Part shown: positions 8,593-17,829 of the stretch, in pieces
Position numbering within the stretch: position 1 is the stretch's first letter
How the letters are laid out: the number at the start of each line of letters is the position of its first letter
Source of the DNA: an uncultured Campylobacteraceae bacterium
GTDB taxonomy: Bacteria > Campylobacterota > Campylobacteria > Campylobacterales > Arcobacteraceae
Length of the DNA: 58,149 bases
Assembly (NCBI GenBank): GCA_913057765.1
Contig: CAJXPH010000001.1
Location: 1-58,149 of the forward strand
Direction of reading: 5' to 3'
The notes under the pieces: generated by a model
Databases searched by the model: none
Seen by the model: only the letters and a program-made list of their open reading frames with translations
Told to the model about the DNA's origin: nothing
Made by a program: the position numbers and the translations under genes

Positions 8593-10916
8593 TTAATAAA
8601 ATTAAAAACTTTCTAGGTGTAGATATAAAAAATGATAAATACTCTTTAGTAGATGATAAACTATTTGGGAAAGTAGCAAAAGAGAAAGCTCCAACTTCTT
8701 GGGTTCGTTCTACTTGTGGATATTGTGGGGTTGGATGTGGATTATATATTGGAGTACAAAATGGTAAACCTACATATACAAAAGGTGACCCTGCACATCC
8801 AGTAAATAAAGGAACACTTTGTCCTAAAGGTTTATCTGAACATGAAATGGTTCAAAGTGATAATAGATTTACAAAACCACAGATTCGAAAAGAAGGACAA
8901 CTTATTGATTCTTCTTGGGATGAAGTTTTTAAAACTACCTCTGATAAATTTAAAGATATTCAAGTGAAATATGGGAATAAAGCAGTTGCTTGTATCTCTA
9001 CAGGACAACTTCTAACTGAAGAGTTTTATACTCTTGGTAAGTTTGTTCAAATGGGTCTTAAAACAAATAACTACGATGGAAATACAACACTTTGTATGGC
9101 AAGCGCAGTTATGGGATATAAACAAACTTTTGGAAGTGATGGACCAGTTGGTTGTTATGAAGACTTCTCATATGCAGATACTATAGTTTTAATTGGTGCA
9201 AATATTGCTGATAACCACCCTATTTTGAAACTTCATATTGCAAAAAACGAGAAAATAACAGGAAAGAAACCAACTATTATTGTAATTGACCCGAGATTTT
9301 CAAAAACTGCAAAAATGGCTGATATTTTTGTACCAATAAAACCTAGAAGTGATTTAGCTTTAATGAATGGTCTTTGTCACATCATTTTAGAACAAGGTTG
9401 GGAAAATGAAAAATTCATACAAGAAAGAACAACAGGATATAAAGAATTTAGAAAGCATATTATGGCTAACTACAAACCTCAAGATGTTGCGCAAATTACG
9501 GGAATAGAGGTAAAAGACTTATATCAACTAGCAAAAGTTTATGCAAAATCTCCAGCTGCTATGTCAGCTTGGACTATGGGAGTAAACCAAAGTTCAATTG
9601 GTACAGATACGGTAAGTGCTATTTGTAACTTGGCACTTATTACAGGTAACCTTGGAAGAAAAGGTGCAACTGCACTTTCTATTACAGGTCAGTGTAATGC
9701 AATGGGTACAAGAGAAACAGGATTTACTTCTTCAATACCTGGATATAGAAATTTCGCCAGCGAAAGTGATAGACAAGATTATGCAAATATCGTAAATCTT
9801 CCAGTAGAAGATGTACCAACTGCACGTGGTTACTCATATCCTCAAATTATAGATGCTATAGAGAAAGGTGAAATAAAAGCCTTATGGCTTGTTGCAACTA
9901 ACCCTCTAGTATCTTTTCCTGATCAAAATAAACTAAGAAAAGCTCTAAGGAAACTAGATTTACTTGTAGTACAAGATGCTTTCCAAAGTGAAACTGCAAT
10001 GAAAGCAGATGTTGTATTTTCAGCTGCTACGTGGAGTGAAAAAGAAGGAACTTATACAAATAGTGAAAGAAGATGTAACTATGCAAGAAAAGCTGTCGAA
10101 CCATTAGGTGAAACAAAAAGTGACTTTGACATTGTTCTAGAGTTTTCAAAATATTTTGGCCTTCAAGAAAAACTATATCCAAACTGGAAAGAACCAGTTG
10201 ATGCATTTAATGAATGGAAAAAGTTAAGTGATGGAAGACTGTGTGATTATACAGGAATGAGTTACTCTTTAATAGAAAAACTTGGAGGAATCCAATGGCC
10301 ATGTAATACTAATAATCCAGAAGGAACGTCAAGGTTATATAGTGAAGATATGCCTTGTAATACTCCAGATGGAAAAGCTTTACTTTTAGCCCTTGATTGG
10401 TTACCACTAGTAGAATCAGAAAATGGAGACTTCCCTCTTATGTTAAACACAGGACGTACTGTTGAACAATGGCATACAAGAACAAAAACAAAAACTATCT
10501 CAATATTAAATGCCCTAGCACCAGAAGCATGGATTGAAATTAATCCAAAAGATGCTTTAAAATTAGAAGTAAAAAGTGGAGATAGAATGGATATTTCTTC
10601 TGCAAGAGGGAAAATAAAAGATATCATAGTAAGAGAATCACAAAATGTAAGACCTGGTTCTGTATTTGTTCCATTTCATTATAATGAACAACTAATAAAT
10701 ACAATTACCATCGCAGACTTTGACCCAAAATCTTTTGAACCAAATTATAAACAGTGTGCGGTACAACTTCATAGTGTTAAAGTTCCAGAGGGGATTAAAA
10801 TGGAAGAGAAAGAAATTGCTGGGGAGTTGGAGCATATGGTAATGAGAAATGAGACACAGCTAGTACAAGAAATACTAAATACTCAAAAAATAGGTAGGTT
10901 AAGAAATTCTTCTTAA
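8589..10916 (+). CDS. Cytoplasmic Mo-bisPGD oxidoreductase, NasA/NarB-like nitrate reductase, copy 2
   Basis: TCGYCGVGC..LCPKG, TGQLLTEEFY, DGNTTLCMASA, GQCNAMG; ATGA overlap with upstream gene; no twin-arginine signal. Confidence 0.8.
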   Translation: MINKIKNFLGVDIKNDKYSLVDDKLFGKVAKEKAPTSWVRSTCGYCGVGCGLYIGVQNGKPTYTKGDPAHPVNKGTLCPKGLSEHEMVQSDNRFTKPQIRKEGQLIDSSWDEVFKTTSDKFKDIQVKYGNKAVACISTGQLLTEEFYTLGKFVQMGLKTNNYDGNTTLCMASAVMGYKQTFGSDGPVGCYEDFSYADTIVLIGANIADNHPILKLHIAKNEKITGKKPTIIVIDPRFSKTAKMADIFVPIKPRSDLALMNGLCHIILEQGWENEKFIQERTTGYKEFRKHIMANYKPQDVAQITGIEVKDLYQLAKVYAKSPAAMSAWTMGVNQSSIGTDTVSAICNLALITGNLGRKGATALSITGQCNAMGTRETGFTSSIPGYRNFASESDRQDYANIVNLPVEDVPTARGYSYPQIIDAIEKGEIKALWLVATNPLVSFPDQNKLRKALRKLDLLVVQDAFQSETAMKADVVFSAATWSEKEGTYTNSERRCNYARKAVEPLGETKSDFDIVLEFSKYFGLQEKLYPNWKEPVDAFNEWKKLSDGRLCDYTGMSYSLIEKLGGIQWPCNTNNPEGTSRLYSEDMPCNTPDGKALLLALDWLPLVESENGDFPLMLNTGRTVEQWHTRTKTKTISILNALAPEAWIEINPKDALKLEVKSGDRMDISSARGKIKDIIVRESQNVRPGSVFVPFHYNEQLINTITIADFDPKSFEPNYKQCAVQLHSVKVPEGIKMEEKEIAGELEHMVMRNETQLVQEILNTQKIGRLRNSS

Positions 10917-10923
10917 CCTACCT
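10892..10923 (+). terminator. 14-bp stem-loop overlapping the stop codon of nitrate reductase copy 2
   Basis: AGGTAGGTTAAGAA-attc-TTCTTAACCTACCT perfect inverted repeat. Confidence 0.6.
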
Positions 10924-10960
10924 TCTGTTAAAATTCTAGTATTAAAAAATTAGGAATACT

Positions 10961-11182
10961 ATGCAATACTATTTTAAATCACCCTTTGGAAAATTCTTTA
11001 TCTCTTCTGCACCATACGGTGGATACAACCTAAAAGTTGAAGAAGATGTTATAAACTGGGCAGATACTGCCGAAGAATTAGCACAACAAGTTTATGAAAA
11101 AACATCTGGACTTGAAGAATGGGATAATTCTACAATCGAAGAAAGAGCAGCAAATTTAGAAGAGTGGCAAGTAAGAATCTAA
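10961..11182 (+). CDS. Small acidic hypothetical protein (73 aa)
   Basis: ORF with AGGA RBS, co-oriented within the nitrate cluster. Confidence 0.75.
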   Translation: MQYYFKSPFGKFFISSAPYGGYNLKVEEDVINWADTAEELAQQVYEKTSGLEEWDNSTIEERAANLEEWQVRI

Positions 11183-11287
11183 CACTCTTTCATTTTTTAT
11201 AATTTAATGTAAAATTAAGCTATAAAGCTTATTAATAGACTTACATTTTTCATAAATCTACTAATTTTAATTCAAAATTAAGCTTAT

Positions 11288-11304
11288 TGAATATTTTATA
11301 TACA
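11288..11304. promoter_or_regulatory. TGTATA-N5-TATACA-type box upstream of nirB
   Basis: TGAATA-TTTTA-TATACA (11/12); 31 nt before -10-like AATAAT (11336-11341, preceded by TGn), 65 nt before GTG. Confidence 0.7.
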
Positions 11305-11369
11305 CTTTCACTCCTCATAATCTTTCCATTTCTGCAATAATTATTACATAAGAAATTGAAGGACAAACC

Positions 11370-13835
11370 GTGAAAGAAAAATTAGTAGTAATTGGAAATG
11401 GAATGAGTGGTCTTCGAACAGTTGAAGATTTATTAGATATTACAAAAGATAAATATGATATTACAGTTTTTGGTGAAGAGCCATATGTAAACTATAATAG
11501 AATCATGCTTTCATATATTTTATCACAAGAAAAAACTTTCGAAGATACAATTATTAATCACCAATCTTGGTATGATGAACACAACGTTGCTTTACATAAA
11601 GGTGATAAAGTTACATCTATAAATAAAGAAAATAAAACAATTAAAAGTGAAAGTGGAAAAGAAGTTTCATATGACAAACTTCTAATTGCTACTGGTTCAA
11701 ATCCTTTTGTTCCTAAAACAATAGGAAGCAATTTAAACAACGTTATTGCATTTAGAACAAAACAAGATGTTGATACTATCATTGATACAATTGATAAAGA
11801 TAAAACTGCCGTAGTTGTGGGTGGTGGACTACTTGGTCTTGAAGCTGCATATGGTATTGCTATGCATAATATTAAAACTATTTTAGTACATAGAAGTGGC
11901 TCTATTCTATCTCAACAACTTGATACTACAGGTGGAAGACTTTTACAAAAAAACCTTGAATCATATGGAATAGAATTTAAACTAAATACTACTATTGAAG
12001 AAATCACAGGAAAAGACACTGTTGAAAGCGTAAGTTTTACTGATGGAGAAACTGTAAGTTCAAATATCGTTGTTTTTGCAACTGGAATTATTCCAAATAC
12101 AGACCTAGCAAAAGATGCAGAACTAGATACTAAAAAAGGTATTTTAGTTGATGACTTTATGAATACAAGTGATGACTCAATTTTTGCAATTGGAGAGTGT
12201 GTAGAACATAAAGGAAATACTTACGGATTAGTTGCTCCACTTTACGAACAAGCAAAAGTATTAGCTAAAAAATTAGCAGGGAAAGATGTTGAAGGATATA
12301 GTGGTTCAACACTTTCTACAAGACTTAAAATTTCTGGTGTTGATTTATTCTCTGCTGGTGATTATTTAGGTGATGAAACAACTGAAGAACTTATCTTACT
12401 TGATGAAAAAGTTGGTGTTTATAAAAAGCTTGTAATATACGATAATAAAATCATTGGTATTGTTTTATATGGCGATACAGCTGATGCTTCTTGGTATTTA
12501 AAACTTCTAAAAGAACACACGGATATTTCAGATTTAAGAACAAAAATACTTTTTGGTAAATCGATTCTTTCTGGAGATGCAGGACATGGTGGAAACGATG
12601 TAAATGCAATGAGTGATGATGAAGAAGTTTGTGGTTGTAATGGAATTACTAAAGGTCAAGTAGTATCAGGTATCAGAGATAACGACTTAAAAACTTTAGG
12701 TGATGTAAAAACTTGTACAAAAGCAGGAGCTTCTTGTGGTTCTTGTTTAGGATTAGTTGAACAGATTTTAGTAAATACTTTAGGTGATGAATATAATGAC
12801 ACAGTTGAAGGTATTTGTGATTGTTGTGATGTTGGACATAAAGAAATAAAAGAGACTATAAACACAAATGATTTTAACAATGTATATGAAGTATTTAAAA
12901 AACTTGATTGGAAAACAGATGATGGTTGTACTAAATGTAGACCAGCAATCAACTACTATTTATTAGTTAAATACAATGATGATAAATACAAAAATGATAA
13001 AAGAAGTGCTTTAGTAAATGATAGAGTATTTGCAAACATTCAAAAAGATGGAACATATTCAGTAGTTCCCAGAATTTGGGGAGGATTAACTTCACCTCAA
13101 GAGCTAAAAGATATGGCAGATATTGCTGTTAAATATGATGTTCCAACAGTTAAATTTACAGGTGGTCAAAGACTTGATATGTTAGGTGTTAAAAAAGAAC
13201 AATTAGAACCTATGTGGAAAGACTTAAATGACGCAGGTTTTGTATCTGGTCAAGCCTATGCAAAAGGTCTTAGAACAGTTAAAACTTGTGTTGGTAACCA
13301 ATGGTGTAGATTTGGAACTCAAGATGCTATGCAAATGGGTGTAGATATTGAAAAATTAACATGGGGTTCATGGACACCACATAAATATAAGATTGCAGTA
13401 TCTGGATGTCCAAGAAACTGCGCGGAAGCCACAATTAAAGACTTCGGAATCATTGGTGTTGATTCAGGATGGGAAATCCATGTAGCAGGTAATGGTGGTA
13501 TCAAAGTTAGAGTTACTGACTTCTTGTGTAAAGTAGAAACTGATGAACAACTTTTCGAAATGGTAAAAGCATATATGCAATTCTACAGAGAAGATGCATA
13601 CTATTTAGAAAGAACTGCTCATTGGATTGAAAGAGTTGGATTAGAATATGTAAAAGAGATTCTATTTGATGATGAAAAAAGAGAAATGTACGCTGCTTCA
13701 TTTGACGAATCACAAAAATCTGCACAAGTTGACCCTTGGGCAAAAGCAATTGAAGATGGATTTACAAAAGAGTTTAATCCAATTGTAATTGATACAGAAA
13801 ATTTACCAAATTATGAAGCGAAGGAAACAGTATAA
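11370..13835 (+). CDS. nirB: NAD(P)H-dependent nitrite reductase large subunit
   Basis: VIGNGMSG FAD motif, GGGLLGLEAA, two BFD-like Cys clusters, TCVGNQWCRFG and SGCPRNC. Confidence 0.95.
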   Translation: MKEKLVVIGNGMSGLRTVEDLLDITKDKYDITVFGEEPYVNYNRIMLSYILSQEKTFEDTIINHQSWYDEHNVALHKGDKVTSINKENKTIKSESGKEVSYDKLLIATGSNPFVPKTIGSNLNNVIAFRTKQDVDTIIDTIDKDKTAVVVGGGLLGLEAAYGIAMHNIKTILVHRSGSILSQQLDTTGGRLLQKNLESYGIEFKLNTTIEEITGKDTVESVSFTDGETVSSNIVVFATGIIPNTDLAKDAELDTKKGILVDDFMNTSDDSIFAIGECVEHKGNTYGLVAPLYEQAKVLAKKLAGKDVEGYSGSTLSTRLKISGVDLFSAGDYLGDETTEELILLDEKVGVYKKLVIYDNKIIGIVLYGDTADASWYLKLLKEHTDISDLRTKILFGKSILSGDAGHGGNDVNAMSDDEEVCGCNGITKGQVVSGIRDNDLKTLGDVKTCTKAGASCGSCLGLVEQILVNTLGDEYNDTVEGICDCCDVGHKEIKETINTNDFNNVYEVFKKLDWKTDDGCTKCRPAINYYLLVKYNDDKYKNDKRSALVNDRVFANIQKDGTYSVVPRIWGGLTSPQELKDMADIAVKYDVPTVKFTGGQRLDMLGVKKEQLEPMWKDLNDAGFVSGQAYAKGLRTVKTCVGNQWCRFGTQDAMQMGVDIEKLTWGSWTPHKYKIAVSGCPRNCAEATIKDFGIIGVDSGWEIHVAGNGGIKVRVTDFLCKVETDEQLFEMVKAYMQFYREDAYYLERTAHWIERVGLEYVKEILFDDEKREMYAASFDESQKSAQVDPWAKAIEDGFTKEFNPIVIDTENLPNYEAKETV

Positions 13836-14143
13836 TGGCAACTTGGATTAAAGTAGTAGCAACAGAGGAAATTCCTTCAATGGGTTCAAGAAAAGTAGTT
13901 ATAGGCAAAGAAGAAATTGCTTTATTTAAAACAAAAGATGGTTCAATTTTTGCAATCAACAACATCTGCCCACATAAACAAGGAAAACTAAGTGAAGGAC
14001 TTGTACATGGAAAGGTAGTTACTTGTCCTTTACACAATTGGGATATTGATTTATCTTCAGGTGAGGCACTAGGAAATGATTCTGGATGTACTAATGTATA
14101 TGAAAGTAAAATTGAGGATGATATTTTATATATTAATCTTTAA
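13835..14143 (+). CDS. nirD: Nitrite reductase small subunit (Rieske-type)
   Basis: CPH..CPLH Rieske motifs; TAATG coupling to nirB. Confidence 0.92.
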   Translation: MATWIKVVATEEIPSMGSRKVVIGKEEIALFKTKDGSIFAINNICPHKQGKLSEGLVHGKVVTCPLHNWDIDLSSGEALGNDSGCTNVYESKIEDDILYINL

Positions 14144-14152
14144 AACACAAAA

Positions 14153-14183
14153 TATAAAACAAGTGTTAAAGCACTTGTTTTAT
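14153..14183. terminator. Bidirectional terminator between nirD and the M24 gene
   Basis: TATAAAACAAGTG-ttaaag-CACTTGTTTTATA inverted repeat between convergent genes. Confidence 0.75.
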
Positions 14184-15349
14184 AAAATTATTGGCAGTTC
14201 TTTTTCTGCCCGTCTAGATAACCAAACAGGTCCATCTTTAGTGATAAGTACATTTTCTTCATGTACCATCTCTTTTCCTTGAAGATATTCCATCCCTGGT
14301 TCTAAAGTAATTACAACACCCTCTTCTAAAATTGTATTATCGTTTATTGTATTTGAAGGCCATTCTGTAAGTTGCATTCCTAAACCATGTCCTAATCTTC
14401 CTACACTATTTCCTAATGCTCCACCATCTTGCATTACTTTATTCATTGCATTAAAAATATCACTTGTAGTATTCCCTACTTGACAAGCTTCAAAGCCCTT
14501 ATTTGTAGCATTAAACACTACTTCATAAGCTCTTTTTGATTCATCGCTTGCGTAGCCAAAAGCATAATTTCTGTCAAAATCACAGAAATAGCTATCATAA
14601 ACACAACCTGTATCAATGATAAAAATATCACCATTTTCTAAAATCCTTTCACCCGGTCCCATAATAATGGAACCATAACCACCTTGACCAGAACCTGCAA
14701 TTAAATAAGGAAAATCATCAACACCAAGTGTTAATAAATGATTTTTAAACCTTTGACAGTTTTCTCTTTCACTTTCACCTACTTTTAAAAGATTTGGTAA
14801 ATCTTCAAAACCCTGAGACGCAAGTTGACATACATATAAAATCTTTTCAATCTCAGCTGAAGACTTTACATATCTTACATATCTTAAAATATTTGTTGCA
14901 TCTTTGATCTCTATACCATCTAAATTTGCCAGTAATTTATTATAATCAGAAATAGGCATTCTAAGACTACTTTCATGTCCTTGAGGCAGACCTAAAACTT
15001 TATATTTTTTCATTAAAGATAAAATAGTATCCGTTAATAAAGAAATACCTTCATCTTCAGGATTGGGAGATACCCATGTTTGAATATCATCTATCCAAGT
15101 GCCTTCCATTCCACTTTGACCAATTACTGGAATAATAGCTTTTGGTTTATCATTTAAAGGAATTAAAACAAACCAAGGTCTTGTTGGACTCTCAAAAAAC
15201 TGTGTTTTAAAGCCTGTATAATATTCAATATCTACTTGCGTTGTTAATAAAATAGCATCCATTCTTTCATCAAACATAAGTTTTTGAATTTTTGCTAATC
15301 TGTTTTTATATTCTGCTTCTAAGAAGCCTCTTTTTGGTGCAACTAACAT
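14180..15349 (-). CDS. M24 family (Xaa-Pro peptidase / creatinase / ectoine hydrolase fold) hydrolase
   Basis: Creatinase-type N-terminus (EYKNRLAKIQ..DAILLT), VKSSAEI, metal ligands DTG, DFDR, GHGLG, EPG, HEEN. Confidence 0.88.
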   Translation of the reverse strand: MLVAPKRGFLEAEYKNRLAKIQKLMFDERMDAILLTTQVDIEYYTGFKTQFFESPTRPWFVLIPLNDKPKAIIPVIGQSGMEGTWIDDIQTWVSPNPEDEGISLLTDTILSLMKKYKVLGLPQGHESSLRMPISDYNKLLANLDGIEIKDATNILRYVRYVKSSAEIEKILYVCQLASQGFEDLPNLLKVGESERENCQRFKNHLLTLGVDDFPYLIAGSGQGGYGSIIMGPGERILENGDIFIIDTGCVYDSYFCDFDRNYAFGYASDESKRAYEVVFNATNKGFEACQVGNTTSDIFNAMNKVMQDGGALGNSVGRLGHGLGMQLTEWPSNTINDNTILEEGVVITLEPGMEYLQGKEMVHEENVLITKDGPVWLSRRAEKELPIIL

Positions 15350-15350
15350 A

Positions 15351-16580
15351 TTACTTACCTTCTAACATTCTCACATAAACTGATGGAATTGCTGCATATA
15401 GGGCAGCACATAAAATTAGGTCTGCTTTTTTTACCTCTTCATTTGGAGCATGGGCAAATTTTAGTTCACCTGGTCCATATCCGATTACTGGAATATTATG
15501 TTCTCCCATAATTGAAACACCATTTGTCGAGAATGGCCAAATATCAATCACAGCTTCTTTTCCAAATAGATTTTTATAAGCATTTGCTACACTTTGAGTA
15601 ACATCATGTTTTTCTTCCATTTTCCATGGTTTAAATGAACACTCTTGTCCATACTCTAAACCTGTATATGAGGGCTCATCATAATTATAAATAGAAACAT
15701 CTGCATCAGCCATTTTAACTGCTGGTAAGTTTCTAATTTCTTGTAAGGCATCTTCAGGTTTTTCACCCCAAGTTAAACGTCTATCAATTGAAATCGTACA
15801 AGAATCAGATACCGCACAACGTGATGGTGATGTTGAGCTAATCTCAGAAACTGTTAAACAACCTTTCCCTAATAAATCATCTACTAGTAAGTTTTCATTT
15901 AAAGCTCTTAACTCTGTTAAAATTCCTGACATTTTATAAATCGCATTATCACCAGTATGAGGGATTGAACCATGTGCAGATGTCCCATAAGTACTTACAG
16001 ATATTTCCATTCGTCCTTTTTGTGCTCTACAAATCTTACCATCACTTGGTTCCGCTAAAAGTACAAACTCTGGTCTGATATTTTGCTCTTCAATCATATA
16101 CTTCCAAGATAATCCATCACAATCTTCTTCTGCAACAGACGCCGATACTAAAAGTGTAAAATCATCTTTAATATCTAAATCAGTAATAATCTTCGCAGCA
16201 TATACAATAGATGCAATTGCACCTTTCATATCTGTAGTTCCTCGACCTATGATTTTTTCTTCATCTTCATATCCTTCATAAGGATCATAGTTCCAGTTAT
16301 CAAGGTTTCCAACACCAACTACATCTAAGTGTCCATCCATTGCAATAAGATGTTTACCAGTTCCTATATAAGCTAGAATATTTCCCATTGGGTCAATATC
16401 TATTTTATTAAATCCAAGCTTTTTCAATTCATCAATAGTACATTTTGCAGCAAGAGATTCATCACCTGAACCTCCTGGACATCTAACTAAATCTCTTGTG
16501 AATTTATAAATATCTTCTTTATAAAATTCTGCTCTTTGTTTAATTTCCTCAAAAGGAATACCTTCAAATATCTTTTCCAT
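15351..16580 (-). CDS. ygeY: YgeY-family M20 amidohydrolase
   Basis: IDPMGN, DGHLD, GRGTTD, EEDCDG, SPSRCAV, DRRLTWGE, FSTNGVSIMG, AHAPNE segments as recalled from E. coli YgeY. Confidence 0.85.
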   Translation of the reverse strand: MEKIFEGIPFEEIKQRAEFYKEDIYKFTRDLVRCPGGSGDESLAAKCTIDELKKLGFNKIDIDPMGNILAYIGTGKHLIAMDGHLDVVGVGNLDNWNYDPYEGYEDEEKIIGRGTTDMKGAIASIVYAAKIITDLDIKDDFTLLVSASVAEEDCDGLSWKYMIEEQNIRPEFVLLAEPSDGKICRAQKGRMEISVSTYGTSAHGSIPHTGDNAIYKMSGILTELRALNENLLVDDLLGKGCLTVSEISSTSPSRCAVSDSCTISIDRRLTWGEKPEDALQEIRNLPAVKMADADVSIYNYDEPSYTGLEYGQECSFKPWKMEEKHDVTQSVANAYKNLFGKEAVIDIWPFSTNGVSIMGEHNIPVIGYGPGELKFAHAPNEEVKKADLILCAALYAAIPSVYVRMLEGK

Positions 16581-16582
16581 AA

Positions 16583-17803
16583 TTAAGCCTTTTTAAGAAC
16601 CTCAGATGAAGTTTTACCAACCATTTTTTCATATACAACAGAATCAGTATCACCTTCTGTTCCTAAAAATAGTATCTTTGAATTTGAATCAATATTTAAT
16701 GCCTCTCTATATCTTTTAGAGTGTTGAATAATATTAAATCCTGCTAATCCAGCAACTGCTGATTCACCTGCAACAACACCTAAAGTTGCTAAATATTTCA
16801 TAACCTCAGCAATTGGTTCATCAGGGATAGAAAAGAATCCTTGAGTTTTATCTTCTAATATTTTCCAAGCTAATAAAGAAACTTCACCACAAGAAAGTCC
16901 AGCCATTACAGTGTCTAAATCACCATGTACAACTGTAGGTTTTCCAGCTTTTGCACTTTGAAGTAAACAATCAGCATTATTTGGTTCAATCATTATAAAA
17001 AGTGGTGATTTCTTCCCGTAAGTCTCTAAAATAAATGAAGCAACCGCGGCTGCCATTCCACCAACTCCACCTTGTAAAAATACATGTGTTGGTTTTTCAC
17101 CCATTTGTTTTAAGGCTTCATCAACCATTATTGTATAACCTTGCATTACGTCTTTTGGTACAGAAGTATAACCTTCATATGAAGTATCAGAAACAGTAAA
17201 GTATCCATTTTTTTCAGCTGTAACTGCTGCAACATGAACAGAGTCATCATAGTTTCCATTTACTCTATTTACATTTGCACCATATTTTGCAATCTCTTCT
17301 TCTCTACTAACACTTACATGATTATGAATAAATATTTCACAATTACATCCAAAGATTGAAGCTCCCCATGCTACTGATTTTCCATGGTTACCATCTGTTG
17401 CACAAGAAACTGTTATTTTATTTGTAATATCACTATATGTTCCAGCTAATAAATCATTAGAATTAGCATCAATTCCTGCATCTTTTAATTTTTCAATTAG
17501 TAAGTTTGCCACAGCATATGCACCACCTAGTGCTTTAAAACTTTTTAAAGAAAATCTATAGTGCTCATTTTTGTAATATAATTTTGCAACACCTGTTTGC
17601 TTAGCTAAATCATCAAGTTCTACTAATGGAGTAACTTTGTACTCGTCCCAAGATGTAATTTCTTTTTTCGCTTTTTCAAATGCCTCTAAACTCAAGATGT
17701 CTTGGTGTTCATATTCCCCTTTTATACAATTTTTTGTATTGTCAAAAAAGTTAGTATTATCTAAATATTTCTCATAATTTTTTATCATTTTAAATTCCTT
17801 CAT
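16583..17803 (-). CDS. dpaL: Diaminopropionate ammonia-lyase (PLP)
   Basis: RFSLKSFKALGGAYA (PLP Lys), ATDGNHG, SDTS, MQGY, QGGVG, MAGLSCGE, TEGDTD. Confidence 0.92.
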   Translation of the reverse strand: MKEFKMIKNYEKYLDNTNFFDNTKNCIKGEYEHQDILSLEAFEKAKKEITSWDEYKVTPLVELDDLAKQTGVAKLYYKNEHYRFSLKSFKALGGAYAVANLLIEKLKDAGIDANSNDLLAGTYSDITNKITVSCATDGNHGKSVAWGASIFGCNCEIFIHNHVSVSREEEIAKYGANVNRVNGNYDDSVHVAAVTAEKNGYFTVSDTSYEGYTSVPKDVMQGYTIMVDEALKQMGEKPTHVFLQGGVGGMAAAVASFILETYGKKSPLFIMIEPNNADCLLQSAKAGKPTVVHGDLDTVMAGLSCGEVSLLAWKILEDKTQGFFSIPDEPIAEVMKYLATLGVVAGESAVAGLAGFNIIQHSKRYREALNIDSNSKILFLGTEGDTDSVVYEKMVGKTSSEVLKKA

Positions 17804-17829
17804 AGTTAATTTTATTTTTATTTTCTTAT

